In this document: piece by piece, positions 1 through 9,145 of the stretch | Layout of the letters: each line of letters starts with the position of its first letter | Numbering within the stretch: the first letter of the stretch is position 1 | DNA from: a virus | Lineage: Duplodnaviria; Caudoviricetes | Direction: 5' to 3' (one strand) | Virus record (IMG/VR): IMGVR_UViG_3300037602_000024 | Location: 1-42,489 of that record | DNA length: 42,489 nucleotides | The notes under the pieces: generated by a model | The model's input: the letters and a program-made list of their open reading frames with translations, nothing else | The model's database searches: none | Told to the model about the DNA's origin: nothing | Translations under genes and position numbers: made by a program

Positions 1-127
1 CATCCGCAGCCACAAACGCCGCCCGATCATCCGTAACTCCGTCGCCGACAGCGCCAAAATGCTGCACCAAGACAGGCCCGCCAATGTCCACATCGCTCCA
101 AGTGATGGAGCTTCCAGCACCGGACGC
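1..127. repeat. Terminal direct repeat, left copy (identical to 42363..42489); assembly overlap of a circular contig
   Basis: 1..127 (catccgcagc...ccggacgc) matches 42363..42489 exactly; an ORF reads through the join. Confidence 0.95.
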
Positions 128-337
128 CACGATGTCGTAGCTTCCGCGCGCGACATAAAATTTCGCAAAACCCTGAGCTGTCGCGTTGAATGGGTTGGTG
201 AGGGGCGTGGCTCCAGCCGCATCTTGGAATAGCGCGGCATGACTTGTTGTTCCTGCCAGTAAGACTTCGACCTGCGCAGAAGGTATAACGTCGCCTTCTT
301 CCGTCACCAATGAGCGCTGCCAGACGTGTAGTCTCAT
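1..337 (-). CDS. Tailspike/tail fibre, N-terminal part; continues across the circular junction into 42362..41110 (529 aa total)
   Basis: ATG at 337 overlaps the upstream TGA (TGATG); reads MRLHVWQRSLVTEEGDVIPSAQVEV...TPLTNPFNATAQGFAKFYVARGSYDIV...FGAVGDGVTDDRAAF, in frame with ORF 41110..42453. Confidence 0.85.
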   Translation of the reverse strand, partial: MRLHVWQRSLVTEEGDVIPSAQVEVLLAGTTSHAALFQDAAGATPLTNPFNATAQGFAKFYVARGSYDIVASGAGSSITWSDVDIGGPVLVQHFGAVGDGVTDDRAAFVAAD

Positions 338-753
338 CACAAGGTGCTCCTGCGAACGAATAGACGGCCAGCCAAGGCGGTGTATTTCTTCCCGCTAGCG
401 GCGGTGACGACGCACTGGTGATAATAGCTGTTATCGATCGCGCGAGCGTCTGTTGGTACGCGAGCCGCAGCCACAAGCCCCGGCCAGTAAACGGTCTTGG
501 ACAGCCCAGCGGTATCCGCGGAGAGGACATCAATCAAGAAGCCCGTTGGACTGGTAAGCGCTGTGCCTGAGCCTAACGTCTTGGTGATAACTGCTGCGCC
601 GCCCGCGTCTTCGGAGACGTTCCATTCAACCTCCGTCGCACCGCTTATGTCGATGAGCGCGCCATGCTGGTCTCGAACGGTGCAGAGAAGGCGCAAATCG
701 TCGCCTTGAAAAACAACGATGTGATGAGCGTCGCGGCGTATGTAGTTATTCAT
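337..753 (-). CDS. Virion protein, BppU N-terminal-like (baseplate/fibre anchor) domain
   Basis: VFQGDDLRLLCTVRDQHGALIDISGA pattern; lies in the tail module directly before the tailspike. Confidence 0.55.
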   Translation of the reverse strand: MNNYIRRDAHHIVVFQGDDLRLLCTVRDQHGALIDISGATEVEWNVSEDAGGAAVITKTLGSGTALTSPTGFLIDVLSADTAGLSKTVYWPGLVAAARVPTDARAIDNSYYHQCVVTAASGKKYTALAGRLFVRRSTL

Positions 754-868
754 CGCACTGCTCCCAAATCGCGTCCAACTCGATTTCCCGGATCATTACA
801 GCGTCCAAGCACAAGATAGGCGTTGGAGGATTATATTGGAGCACAACTTCTTCGCTAATCACAGGCAT
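746..868 (-). CDS. Small hypothetical protein (40 aa; MPVISEEVVLQYNPPTPILCLDAVMIREIELDAIWEQCDE)
   Basis: Below the ORF-track cutoff; ATG abuts the upstream TAA and its end overlaps the next start, filling the gap exactly. Confidence 0.55.
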   Translation of the reverse strand: MPVISEEVVLQYNPPTPILCLDAVMIREIELDAIWEQCDE

Positions 869-1357
869 TTACTCAACGGCCTTTCGTATCGCAGCAATCG
901 TCTGTGTTGCCTCATTGGCCTTTCGTTCTAGCACTAAGGCACGCTCCTTCTGCTGCCTGGCAGCCTCCTTGACAGTTTCCAATTCCTTGGCCAGATTATC
1001 GCTTCTTTGCTGCGTCGCGGAAAGCTGTTTCTTTTGCGCCTCCGCAGCGTCTAGCCATTTCTGCTTCCACTTGCGCGCCGCTGTCGCCTCAGCATCCACC
1101 GCCGATCGAGCGCGGCCCAATTCTTCCTTCAAGGCAGCCAGATCAGCAGTTGCTTTTGCAAAGGCGTTTTTCAATCGCAATAGCTCCCCGCGCGCCCTTT
1201 CGTGTTGTTTCTTTTCTTGCGCGACTTCTTCCAGTTCCGACCGCGCTTTGGCGACAACGTCTTTGTCCCGCGCGATTTCTGACTCAAGACGGGCGCAGCG
1301 CTCGTTCAGGTTGGCGACCTTGTCGCGAAGTCTTTGTTCTTCTTCTGCGGAAATCAT
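869..1357 (-). CDS. Long coiled-coil hypothetical protein
   Basis: 162 aa, E/K/A/R-rich heptad pattern; ATGA overlap with the upstream gene. Confidence 0.75.
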   Translation of the reverse strand: MISAEEEQRLRDKVANLNERCARLESEIARDKDVVAKARSELEEVAQEKKQHERARGELLRLKNAFAKATADLAALKEELGRARSAVDAEATAARKWKQKWLDAAEAQKKQLSATQQRSDNLAKELETVKEAARQQKERALVLERKANEATQTIAAIRKAVE

Positions 1358-1692
1358 AACGCTATCTCCATTGCGGTGCGGAAAAGATCGTCAATAGCCT
1401 CATCTGTAAACGTGCCGCCTTTTAACGCTTCTATAAAGGGGCTTGTACGTTCGATTACTATGGCGCGCTCCCATACAATCTGTGCCTCAGCATTCGATGC
1501 CGCGATCGCCTCCGCCTCCGCCAACTTCCCCGCCCGAAACAGCGCTAACCGGATTTGCGCTGGAGAACAAACCATCCCTTTCCTTTCCGCGGAAAGAGCC
1601 AAGGCGCGGAGCTCATCGGCGCTTACGCTCGCGGGCGTATCGGCAACAATCATCTTCCGTCCAGATCGGTCAAAGGTTAGATGGCGGCTCAT
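1354..1692 (-). CDS. Tail fibre assembly-like small protein
   Basis: Start at 1692 gives an ATGA overlap; SPAQIRLAL...WERAIVIERTSPFI...IDDLF pattern is common next to phage fibre genes. Confidence 0.6.
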   Translation of the reverse strand: MSRHLTFDRSGRKMIVADTPASVSADELRALALSAERKGMVCSPAQIRLALFRAGKLAEAEAIAASNAEAQIVWERAIVIERTSPFIEALKGGTFTDEAIDDLFRTAMEIAL

Positions 1693-2303
1693 GCGGAAGT
1701 GTATTCCCTGCGACGGAGCAGCTTCAGTTTCCCGCTGGAAATGAATGTGCCATTCGTGCGGAACTCGATGCCGCCAACAGTCTCCCGCGCCGCGCGCGTC
1801 ACAACGGGATTGGCTATGCCGATATTCCCGCTTGTGTTGCCAAGCTGCGTTGGCGCACTGTGGTAATACTGTGCGAAACGCGGCAATGGGATTTGGACGA
1901 AGCCCACAGGTCTGTTGGCTGCGATCGTGAAGGGGATTGCTCCCGTCAGAGCGATCCACGCACCCCATGTGGCGCTCGTGTCGGTGTAAAGCCGGGCGTC
2001 GAACGTCGTTGTGCTGGCGCTCCCGATCCCTTCCACAAGCACCGCATATTCATAGCCATCCTCGAACGCCGGAGAGGCGACGGAAGCGACGGAGCCGTCA
2101 ATGGCCGCGTCATAGAATGTGCCATCGTTACTGTCTCCGACGCTGAGCTTGTCGTACGGGTGCCAGCCCGCGGCAACAACGTCCGCGCCGCTTACGCCCT
2201 GCGCAATGGCGATCGGGTTGTCGCGCCAACGATAGCCGAGACTCGAAATAATCGGCGCTTCAGGCTCGATTTCCGCGTCCAGGATTTCAACGTATGTTGC
2301 CAT
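1689..2303 (-). CDS. Minor tail/fibre protein
   Basis: MATYVEILDAEIEPEAPI...WRDNPIAIAQG N-terminus; position in the tail module. Confidence 0.65.
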   Translation of the reverse strand: MATYVEILDAEIEPEAPIISSLGYRWRDNPIAIAQGVSGADVVAAGWHPYDKLSVGDSNDGTFYDAAIDGSVASVASPAFEDGYEYAVLVEGIGSASTTTFDARLYTDTSATWGAWIALTGAIPFTIAANRPVGFVQIPLPRFAQYYHSAPTQLGNTSGNIGIANPVVTRAARETVGGIEFRTNGTFISSGKLKLLRRREYTSA

Positions 2304-2556
2304 AAGTCTTCGCCTTCTTGTCGATCGCCTCTAGGGCTTCGTCCGGGCCGATGAAATCACTCACCGGCAGCCTCCGCGGAAAGCTACACAAGACGTTATG
2401 CGCCTGCGCCCATGGGAGCCTTGGATCTGGATTAATATTGGCCACCGCGCAGAAAAAACGGCACTGTGTGCAGGTATCCCGAACGGAAACATTCGCGAAA
2501 GCCGCAGGGCAGGCCACAGAAACGGCTGGGATTTCTTTGTCGTCTATATTTTGCAT
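2287..2556 (-). CDS. Small Cys-rich hypothetical tail-module protein
   Basis: C...CxxC...C spacing; overlaps its neighbours at both ends. Confidence 0.6.
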   Translation of the reverse strand: MQNIDDKEIPAVSVACPAAFANVSVRDTCTQCRFFCAVANINPDPRLPWAQAHNVLCSFPRRLPVSDFIGPDEALEAIDKKAKTYGNIR

Positions 2557-4355
2557 CAGACAAACCTGTATGGCTCCGTTCCATCGGGGAAGTTGCTGGC
2601 ATCGTTCTCCGCAAAGAACGCACCCGCCGCTTTTTCGAGGTCGCTGGCGCTGCCGTAGACAGGCGCAGTATTTGGCATGATCTGACCGTAGCGCCCGTCA
2701 AATTGGAAGCGCAACATTTTGTAGGCGACCGTTTCGCCTGGTTGCGTTTCCTCCGCCGAAATAATCTGCCACAGGGTCTGTTCCGGGTTCCCGTCGAAGT
2801 CCACCTTGCCGCGGTTAATCGCGCGCACTGAGTCACCAGTCCAAAGCGGCTTTTCCTTCGCGTCCACGCTGACGTTGAAATACAACGCGCCGTCTTGATA
2901 GCGCTGCATCAACCTTGCGCCAAGAACAAGCGCCTGGCTGCCTCCGACCAGCCACCGGCTATAGATGCGGCGCACCTGCGGTTGTCCGTAAAAGTCGTCT
3001 GCTTCCAAAGAGGGGTTGATGCGAACACGAGACGTATTAAAGTTCAACGGATCGTTAAGGGAGCCGAGCCAGTCTTTGACGCCGTAGTATATCCACAGTT
3101 GGCTTATCCGCTGGCCCATGTCGCGCTGATAGCTCCAAGAACCTTCCTTAATGTTGCGGTAATCGTCGATGTCTGTGACTGCCTCGAAGGGCGGGCGGAA
3201 GGCGCTGAACTTGATTTCTTGCCCGCACTCGCACCACCAGATAAAGAACAGGCATTGCTCCATAAGCTCGCCCGCAAGGTCTTCGACGCCTTCCGGCTCC
3301 ACAATCAGCGTCGTCACCCGGAAGGTCCGCAACCACTGCTCTCCTTCCGCGGTCCATGCTGGAAGATTGATGAAGCTTGGGTCCATGCCCGCATAATTCA
3401 CAAGCAAATCGTAAGCCACGTCCCAGCAGGCTTCGTTCGTATAGCGGAGACAGATTTGAACATTGTCGTCCGCGTCGTGGTCGCTGGCTTCCGTCCGGTC
3501 GCTCCCGCGCGTCAGACCTGTGAAGGTGATTTCCCCTAGCGTTGCGTTGACGCTCGCGGCAGCGTACTGGATGAGCTCATCGCCAATCCTGACTGTGCCG
3601 CCTCCCGTCGGGTAGTCGCTCGCGTTTCGGTAATCGACGACAACGAAGGATGTTGCTGCGTCGGAAATGTCATCGCGCAGCACGCCTTCCGTCTTCGCCG
3701 GGGCCAAGGCGTTCTTCCGGCTGGCCTGTCCAAGAACGTCTTCCGCTTTTACGACGACGCGCCCTTGTTCCGTTGGACCGCTGATGTCGGTTATGAAGTA
3801 GACGCGCTTGGGCATAGATGCCAGCGCCTGCCCCGAATAGCCTTCATACACCGTGATTTTGCGGTTGATCCAATACGGAGCGCGCGCAAGCTGTTTGGTC
3901 CAATAAGTGCCGCGCTCGAACGGATCATGGCCGATGCCGGACGCCTGCGCCGCCCCGGAAATCCGCTCAGCGCGATAAGGATCAACGCCCGCGCCTGAAT
4001 GGGGATGGTCTTTGAATACAGCGCGAACGGTTGCGCGGTTCCCGAAGGGCCCGCTGTTCCGATCGCCGCCGCCAGGGTTCAAGATCGTCGGCACTGTGGA
4101 AACGGATAACAGCGAAGGAATGCAGCCCCAAGAGAGCGGCACGCCGTCCTGCGGCCTACAATAACGCTGCGTGAACGTCCCGCGGGCGTAGTTCGCGCCA
4201 TCCTGGCAAGTCGCTCGCGTATTGTAGCACTTGGCCGGTCCCGTCGTCCCAAGCACAGCGGCGCACGGTGCGGAGCCGTAAGTGAGCGTGCACTGGTCCC
4301 ATTCGATCTCGACAATGAGGACCGGCTCGCGGCCTGGGGTTGTGGCGGTACTCAT
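2556..4355 (-). CDS. Tail tip/hub (central tail) protein
   Basis: About 600 aa, two genes after the tape measure; N-terminal CTLTYGSAPC...KCYNTRATC four-Cys cluster. Confidence 0.75.
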   Translation of the reverse strand: MSTATTPGREPVLIVEIEWDQCTLTYGSAPCAAVLGTTGPAKCYNTRATCQDGANYARGTFTQRYCRPQDGVPLSWGCIPSLLSVSTVPTILNPGGGDRNSGPFGNRATVRAVFKDHPHSGAGVDPYRAERISGAAQASGIGHDPFERGTYWTKQLARAPYWINRKITVYEGYSGQALASMPKRVYFITDISGPTEQGRVVVKAEDVLGQASRKNALAPAKTEGVLRDDISDAATSFVVVDYRNASDYPTGGGTVRIGDELIQYAAASVNATLGEITFTGLTRGSDRTEASDHDADDNVQICLRYTNEACWDVAYDLLVNYAGMDPSFINLPAWTAEGEQWLRTFRVTTLIVEPEGVEDLAGELMEQCLFFIWWCECGQEIKFSAFRPPFEAVTDIDDYRNIKEGSWSYQRDMGQRISQLWIYYGVKDWLGSLNDPLNFNTSRVRINPSLEADDFYGQPQVRRIYSRWLVGGSQALVLGARLMQRYQDGALYFNVSVDAKEKPLWTGDSVRAINRGKVDFDGNPEQTLWQIISAEETQPGETVAYKMLRFQFDGRYGQIMPNTAPVYGSASDLEKAAGAFFAENDASNFPDGTEPYRFV

Positions 4356-5230
4356 GTCGCGCCCCACGGAACAATGCCGGACTCATAACCGCCGTGCGCC
4401 TGAAGCGACCAGGAACAAGACATCTTCCGGCCATCGCTTACCGTCGCGCCGTCGCGCGGGCGTGTCCCGCCTAGCGAATTATCGAGCGTGATGGGCTGTT
4501 CCGTCCAGCCAAACAAAACTTCATCGGGGAAGTCCTCCGGACGCCAGGAAACGAAATAGCCGTAGCGCCACGCGGCTTGCGTAAACGTCTGGAACGTGTT
4601 GCGGGCCCAGAGCTCATTCAGATGGTCCACTTCATAGCTTGCTTCGAGGCCGCCGCGAATGATGGTTGTTCCGAGGCGCTGGCCGCGATCGCTCGTGCTT
4701 GGACGCTTGGTTATGTTGGCGTTGAATAGTGCCGGAGAATGACCGAGCCAGTTCACCGGCTGCGGCATCGCCAGCGCCTTCCCGATATAGATCACACAAA
4801 TCTTGGGCGGTGTCGTGCCGGTAATCCGCAGCCGCCAATAACGCGCCGTCGTGGGCGCGAAAAGGAACATGATTGGCTTGTCGTCGGACGGAGCAACCGC
4901 AGCAGAAATCGTGGTCCACGCGATCCCGTCCGAACTGTGCTGGACGAAGGCCGTTGCCCCTTGAGTGCCGATGTCGTGTGCCGCGACGCATACGCAATCG
5001 CACTCAACCGCCGCGCCCGCGTCCACAACCCAATGGCCGGGAAGCGCGCTCGCCTCCCACCACTCAAAAGTCTGGTCATTGACCGGCGCTTCCAGGACCG
5101 CGCCGGAAGCAGTGCCAGAAGCGGAAACAGCCGCGCCCGCGCGCCGCGCGATCTGATCGTACATAATCCGCGTGTGCCAGATCGGCACCGGAGAAGCAGC
5201 GATATATCCGGCAGTGATCGATGTCGTCAT
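4352..5230 (-). CDS. Distal tail protein with a probable carbohydrate-binding (F5/8-like) insert
   Basis: Immediately after the tape measure; QHSSDGIAWT...TTARYWRLRIT motif. Confidence 0.65.
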   Translation of the reverse strand: MTTSITAGYIAASPVPIWHTRIMYDQIARRAGAAVSASGTASGAVLEAPVNDQTFEWWEASALPGHWVVDAGAAVECDCVCVAAHDIGTQGATAFVQHSSDGIAWTTISAAVAPSDDKPIMFLFAPTTARYWRLRITGTTPPKICVIYIGKALAMPQPVNWLGHSPALFNANITKRPSTSDRGQRLGTTIIRGGLEASYEVDHLNELWARNTFQTFTQAAWRYGYFVSWRPEDFPDEVLFGWTEQPITLDNSLGGTRPRDGATVSDGRKMSCSWSLQAHGGYESGIVPWGAT

Positions 5231-7035
5231 GCGGTTGCGATCCTCATCCCGCCGTCCAATTCATCGTTGATCGCGCGGATCAGACTACGGACCTGCTTCC
5301 CGCTGAACATTGCGTCATCGCCGCCCTCCATATTGATGAAGACTTCGCGCTGCTGGACGGGCGCGGGAGCCGCGCCGCCCTGCGCGCCGGAACCGCCAGC
5401 CGATGCGCCGGAAGGGGACGAGCCGCTGCCCGGCTTCGTAGATACGATGCTGGCCACAGCCGCGAAGCCTTTTGCCGCCACAACTGCCGCCGCAGCAATG
5501 TTGGAAGGGAAGGGGAGCTTAAGCGCTTCTGTGATGCCCTGATACGTGTTGATGAGCGACTGTGCGATGGCGATTGGCTTGGAGCCCTTGAACATTGTGC
5601 CCATCGCGCTTACGACGCCGCTGGCCATGTCCAATGCGGTGTCTTGCGTCACCTTGCTTGTTTCGGACACCGCCCCTTTTACCATCCCAAGGCTATCCGT
5701 GATGCCGTTCCGCAGGCCTTGTGCGATGTCCACACCGAACTGATAGAAGACGGTTGACGGGCTTTCGATCCCAAGCAGGCTCTTGAACGCGCCTCCGACG
5801 CTAGACGCCATCTCGCCCATCAGGCCGGGAATGTCTAATTCCTCCCAAGCGTTCACCAAGCCTTCCTTCAGGCCGGTAAAGATGTCTAGCGCGAGCGTGC
5901 GGAACTGCTCCGGCAAGTTCTGGAAGAGCGTCAACATGCCGTTGAACGTGTCCGTGAAAAATGCGCCAACGTCCGCAAGCAGCGCCTTGATTTCGTCTCC
6001 CCACGTCACCCATGCGGCCACAGCCAGCGATGCAGCAGCGATGAAAAGACCGATTGGCCCGGTAGCCAGGACCAACCCACCAAGGACTTTCGCGAACGCT
6101 CCGACCGCAATCAAAATGGGTCCGCCTACACCGAGCGCCGCAGCAATGACGCCCGCGACCTCCTGAACCGGACCAGGAAGCTGGCCGAACCAATTGATGG
6201 CGTCGGAGATAAAAGAGCCCATCTGCTGCAAGGCGGGCAGAACGTCTTCCTGGATCGTCGCCGCGAGCGACACCATGACAGGGAGCATGGCTGCGCCGAT
6301 TTGATCACGAAGCGCGCCGGTCTGGCGTCCGAGCTCATCCATCTTATCGGTATACGCCGCAGCTGCTGCCACTGCGTCGTCACCCAGCACAATCCCTAGC
6401 TCCTGCGCCCGCGCGCGAAGGGCTTCTATGTCTCCGCCATTCTTGCGCAGGATCGGGCCAAGCCGCCCGGCTTCTTCGCCCAAGAGCTTTCCCGCGACCG
6501 CGGAGGCTTCCGCATCGCTGGCGAACTGACCGGACGCCCGCGCCAACGCCAGGAAGGCTTGTTCCGTCGTGATCGAGCCTTCCGCGATTTCCTCTTGGGA
6601 AAAGCCAACAGCCTCGAACGCCTCAACCATCGACTTGCTGCCGTTCGCCGCTTCACCGATGCGCCGCGAAAGCTGGAGCATGGCCTTGTCGAACTGGTCT
6701 TGGCTCACGTCGGAGATCTGGCCTATCGCGAAGCGCATTTCTTGGAGGCTTTCCGCGGAAAGACCGGCGCTCTGGGACATCTTGTCGATGCTGTTGCCCG
6801 CCTTGGCCGTCGCGTTCGCCGTCGCGAACAACGCCGCCCCAACACCGCCGATTGCCGCGGAGACGGGAAGCATTGACTTGCCTAGCGCGCTCGCGCCATC
6901 TCCAAAGTTCTTCAGGCTATTGCCGAGCTTGTCGGTTGCGACTTTGGCGCGGGACAGCTTCTGGCGCACGTTATCGAGCGCCAAATCAAGCTGGCCGGTG
7001 TCGCCTACAATTCTGACTTTAAGCTCTGGCAACAT
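5227..7035 (-). CDS. Tail tape measure protein
   Basis: 602 aa, Ala/Gly-rich and helical; MLPELKVRIVGDT start, LGIESPSTVF motif, hydrophobic central segment; follows the chaperone genes. Confidence 0.9.
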   Translation of the reverse strand: MLPELKVRIVGDTGQLDLALDNVRQKLSRAKVATDKLGNSLKNFGDGASALGKSMLPVSAAIGGVGAALFATANATAKAGNSIDKMSQSAGLSAESLQEMRFAIGQISDVSQDQFDKAMLQLSRRIGEAANGSKSMVEAFEAVGFSQEEIAEGSITTEQAFLALARASGQFASDAEASAVAGKLLGEEAGRLGPILRKNGGDIEALRARAQELGIVLGDDAVAAAAAYTDKMDELGRQTGALRDQIGAAMLPVMVSLAATIQEDVLPALQQMGSFISDAINWFGQLPGPVQEVAGVIAAALGVGGPILIAVGAFAKVLGGLVLATGPIGLFIAAASLAVAAWVTWGDEIKALLADVGAFFTDTFNGMLTLFQNLPEQFRTLALDIFTGLKEGLVNAWEELDIPGLMGEMASSVGGAFKSLLGIESPSTVFYQFGVDIAQGLRNGITDSLGMVKGAVSETSKVTQDTALDMASGVVSAMGTMFKGSKPIAIAQSLINTYQGITEALKLPFPSNIAAAAVVAAKGFAAVASIVSTKPGSGSSPSGASAGGSGAQGGAAPAPVQQREVFINMEGGDDAMFSGKQVRSLIRAINDELDGGMRIATA

Positions 7036-7240
7036 TCCGCTGTTCCATCCTATTTACCAGCCGCCGAACATCTCCGGACGTTAGCGGCTTCTTGCGCTTC
7101 TTGCCATCCCGCTCCCGCGTCTTCCACTCATACAGCCACCAAAATTCCCGTGGCTTCATCGAGTAGAATTCGGACGGGCTGAGCCCCCATTCGCCGACCG
7201 CGACTTGGTAGCACGATTTGACGAATGGGGCTTGGCCTTT
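7019..7240 (-). CDS. C-terminal extension of the tail assembly chaperone, reached by -1 frameshift (gpGT-like; about 199 aa fusion)
   Basis: The -1 frame after A AAA AAG reads KGQAPFVKSCYQVAVGEWGLSPSEFYSMKPREFWW, a typical chaperone T-segment motif. Confidence 0.8.
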   Translation of the reverse strand, partial: KGQAPFVKSCYQVAVGEWGLSPSEFYSMKPREFWWLYEWKTRERDGKKRKKPLTSGDVRRLVNRMEQRNVARA

Positions 7241-7617
7241 TTTGGGCGCTCTGCTTCTTCCTCCTGCAACTTCAGAGGCGCATCGCCCATTAGCACCTTC
7301 GTGATGAGCTCGACGACGGCCATGCCCTGGCCGCTTCTTGGTTCGCGCCCTTCCGCGAAATCCGTCATACGCTGGAGCCCTTCCGCAAGCAACGCCTCGC
7401 GAAGCTGTGGAAGGTCCGGAGCGTTCGGCACACCGCAATGCTGAAGCAGCAGGTGGACTGGGCGCGCCAGACGACTGAAATTGATGTTGCCGGTCGTGGT
7501 CATTTGGAGCAGCGTGGGGATCGATATGTGATCCTCTATTTGCTCAACCAGCTCGAAAAAACCTTTTTCCGGGACGGGATATTCAACCCCATCCCATTGA
7601 AAGTGAAAGCGGGCCAT
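7156..7617 (-). CDS. Tail assembly chaperone (gpG-like)
   Basis: Between tail tube and tape measure; contains a slippery site. Confidence 0.8.
   Translation of the reverse strand: MARFHFQWDGVEYPVPEKGFFELVEQIEDHISIPTLLQMTTTGNINFSRLARPVHLLLQHCGVPNAPDLPQLREALLAEGLQRMTDFAEGREPRSGQGMAVVELITKVLMGDAPLKLQEEEAERPKKAKPHSSNRATKSRSANGGSARPNSTR
7237..7246 (-). promoter_or_regulatory. Programmed -1 ribosomal frameshift site (C CCA AAA AAG)
   Basis: In-frame CCA AAA AAG contains the A_AAA_AAG heptamer at 7243..7237. Confidence 0.8.
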
Positions 7618-7632
7618 CTTTCATCCTTCCCA

Positions 7633-8019
7633 TTAGGAGAACGTCCATGCTCCGGACGATTGCAGCGACATATCGTAGGTGTTTGCCCCGTCGTGTGCGC
7701 CAGTGTAATCGACGGAAGCGAGATAGAAATCACCCGCGATCGTCGATCCATCCGCGAACTCGATGGTGATGTCCGTCAGGAGCAGCGCGCCAGCGGGAGC
7801 CAGCGCGATATCGCGGATGACCGTGTCAGTGAGAACGCCGCTGGCCGAAATGTCGATGGCCTTCGCGCCCGCAAAGGCGGCAAGTTCGCGAAAGCCGCCG
7901 CTGTCTTTGTTTGTGATATCGACCGGGGAGCCGTCGAAGCTGATCCCATTTTCGGTGAGGCTCGCGATCGCCACCGCGTTCTTGAGCACCAGGAAATCGC
8001 GACCGGAAGATGCGGCCAT
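7633..8019 (-). CDS. Major tail tube protein (TP901-1/GTA-like family)
   Basis: MAASSGRDFLV...VDITNKDSGGFREL...ISASGV...YDMSLQSSG motifs. Confidence 0.9.
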   Translation of the reverse strand: MAASSGRDFLVLKNAVAIASLTENGISFDGSPVDITNKDSGGFRELAAFAGAKAIDISASGVLTDTVIRDIALAPAGALLLTDITIEFADGSTIAGDFYLASVDYTGAHDGANTYDMSLQSSGAWTFS

Positions 8020-8028
8020 TGTTGCCTC

Positions 8029-8433
8029 CTATGAAGGGCTTCGGATAAGGTTGAAGTTGACGGTGAACAGCGCATAGTCCGCTTCGTTCCGCCCGATAAA
8101 AGTCACGTCCGTCGTAGCGCTCCATGCGACGTTGCGCCCGCCAACGGTGGCTTGGTCCGTGTTAAGTACCAGCGCGCGCACAATGTCATCGCCTTTCTGC
8201 CAGCCTTCTCCGTACTCTTTTGCGCGGATGCGGGCTTGAACAGTCGTATAGCGGACTTGCGCGCCTGTCTTGCCGACCGGAGGCTGGCCGCCCGTATCGT
8301 AGACTGTGATCACGTTGATCGGCTCCAGCGGCTCGCGTCCAACATACAAGGACCAATCGGTTGCCCCGCCGAACGCCCCGAAGCCAACCAATGAGGCCAG
8401 ATATACCGCGGTGTCTTGAGCAGGCGTATTCAT
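8029..8433 (-). CDS. Tail terminator/completion protein
   Basis: Directly before the tail tube; ITVYDTGG...VQARIRAKEY...FTVNF pattern. Confidence 0.7.
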   Translation of the reverse strand: MNTPAQDTAVYLASLVGFGAFGGATDWSLYVGREPLEPINVITVYDTGGQPPVGKTGAQVRYTTVQARIRAKEYGEGWQKGDDIVRALVLNTDQATVGGRNVAWSATTDVTFIGRNEADYALFTVNFNLIRSPS

Positions 8434-8828
8434 CCGCGCAGCACCTTCTCAAGTTCCGCAGCAATATCGCCCAGGACCGTCTGCCGGTTCTCCGTGACGG
8501 CATTCTCCAGAAACTTTGGGCCGCCAGGGTTCCAGTACGTGCCAAGGCCAGACGGTCGCGGCTCTCCCTTTAGTTTTGCCTCCATGTTTTCATGGACGTA
8601 AACGGCATATTCAGCATCGTATCCGACAACAGCCCCATCCCCTTCGCGCCGAGTGTAGGCTGATGGACGGAGATTGTTGTATTCAACGGGCGTATTCGCC
8701 ATTGAATCACGCTGGATCGTCAAGCCAGCCTTGAACGCGCCTTTCGTGGCGGCTTCCCGCGAGCCCACAGCGAGCCGCGTCAACCCTTCGTTGATCTCAT
8801 CCAGACCTTCGAACGTCGCGCCCATCAC
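8430..8828 (-). CDS. HK97 gp10-like neck/tail completion protein
   Basis: TPVEYNNLRPS...VGYDAEYAVYVHE...PKFLENA motifs. Confidence 0.75.
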   Translation of the reverse strand: MMGATFEGLDEINEGLTRLAVGSREAATKGAFKAGLTIQRDSMANTPVEYNNLRPSAYTRREGDGAVVGYDAEYAVYVHENMEAKLKGEPRPSGLGTYWNPGGPKFLENAVTENRQTVLGDIAAELEKVLRG

Positions 8829-9145
8829 ATCATCGCCTTTACCAGCGTTTCCGATCCATCCAAGGATGGGCTTTCGTGAACTGCTCTGATCTCCTTGCCA
8901 TCTTCCGGATCAACCAGCGAGCCCACAGCGAGCCGTCCGCCTGTGGCAACTTGGACGTTGACATACGCTACTGCATCGGAGACGACTTCGCGTGCCTGTG
9001 TGTCCCGAAACAGCGTGTTGACGTTCTGCCAGCGGAGCTTAACCGCGACGGGCGCGCTGAATTGGATCTTGCCATAGGCATCCTGGCCGTTGGGCGGCCA
9101 GTAAGTTCCATCTTCGTGCATCTGTCGCGAACGGATCGCCATCAC
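8825..9145 (-). CDS. Head closure (stopper) protein
   Basis: Position in the neck module; TYWPPNGQDAYG motif. Confidence 0.65.
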   Translation of the reverse strand: MMAIRSRQMHEDGTYWPPNGQDAYGKIQFSAPVAVKLRWQNVNTLFRDTQAREVVSDAVAYVNVQVATGGRLAVGSLVDPEDGKEIRAVHESPSLDGSETLVKAMM

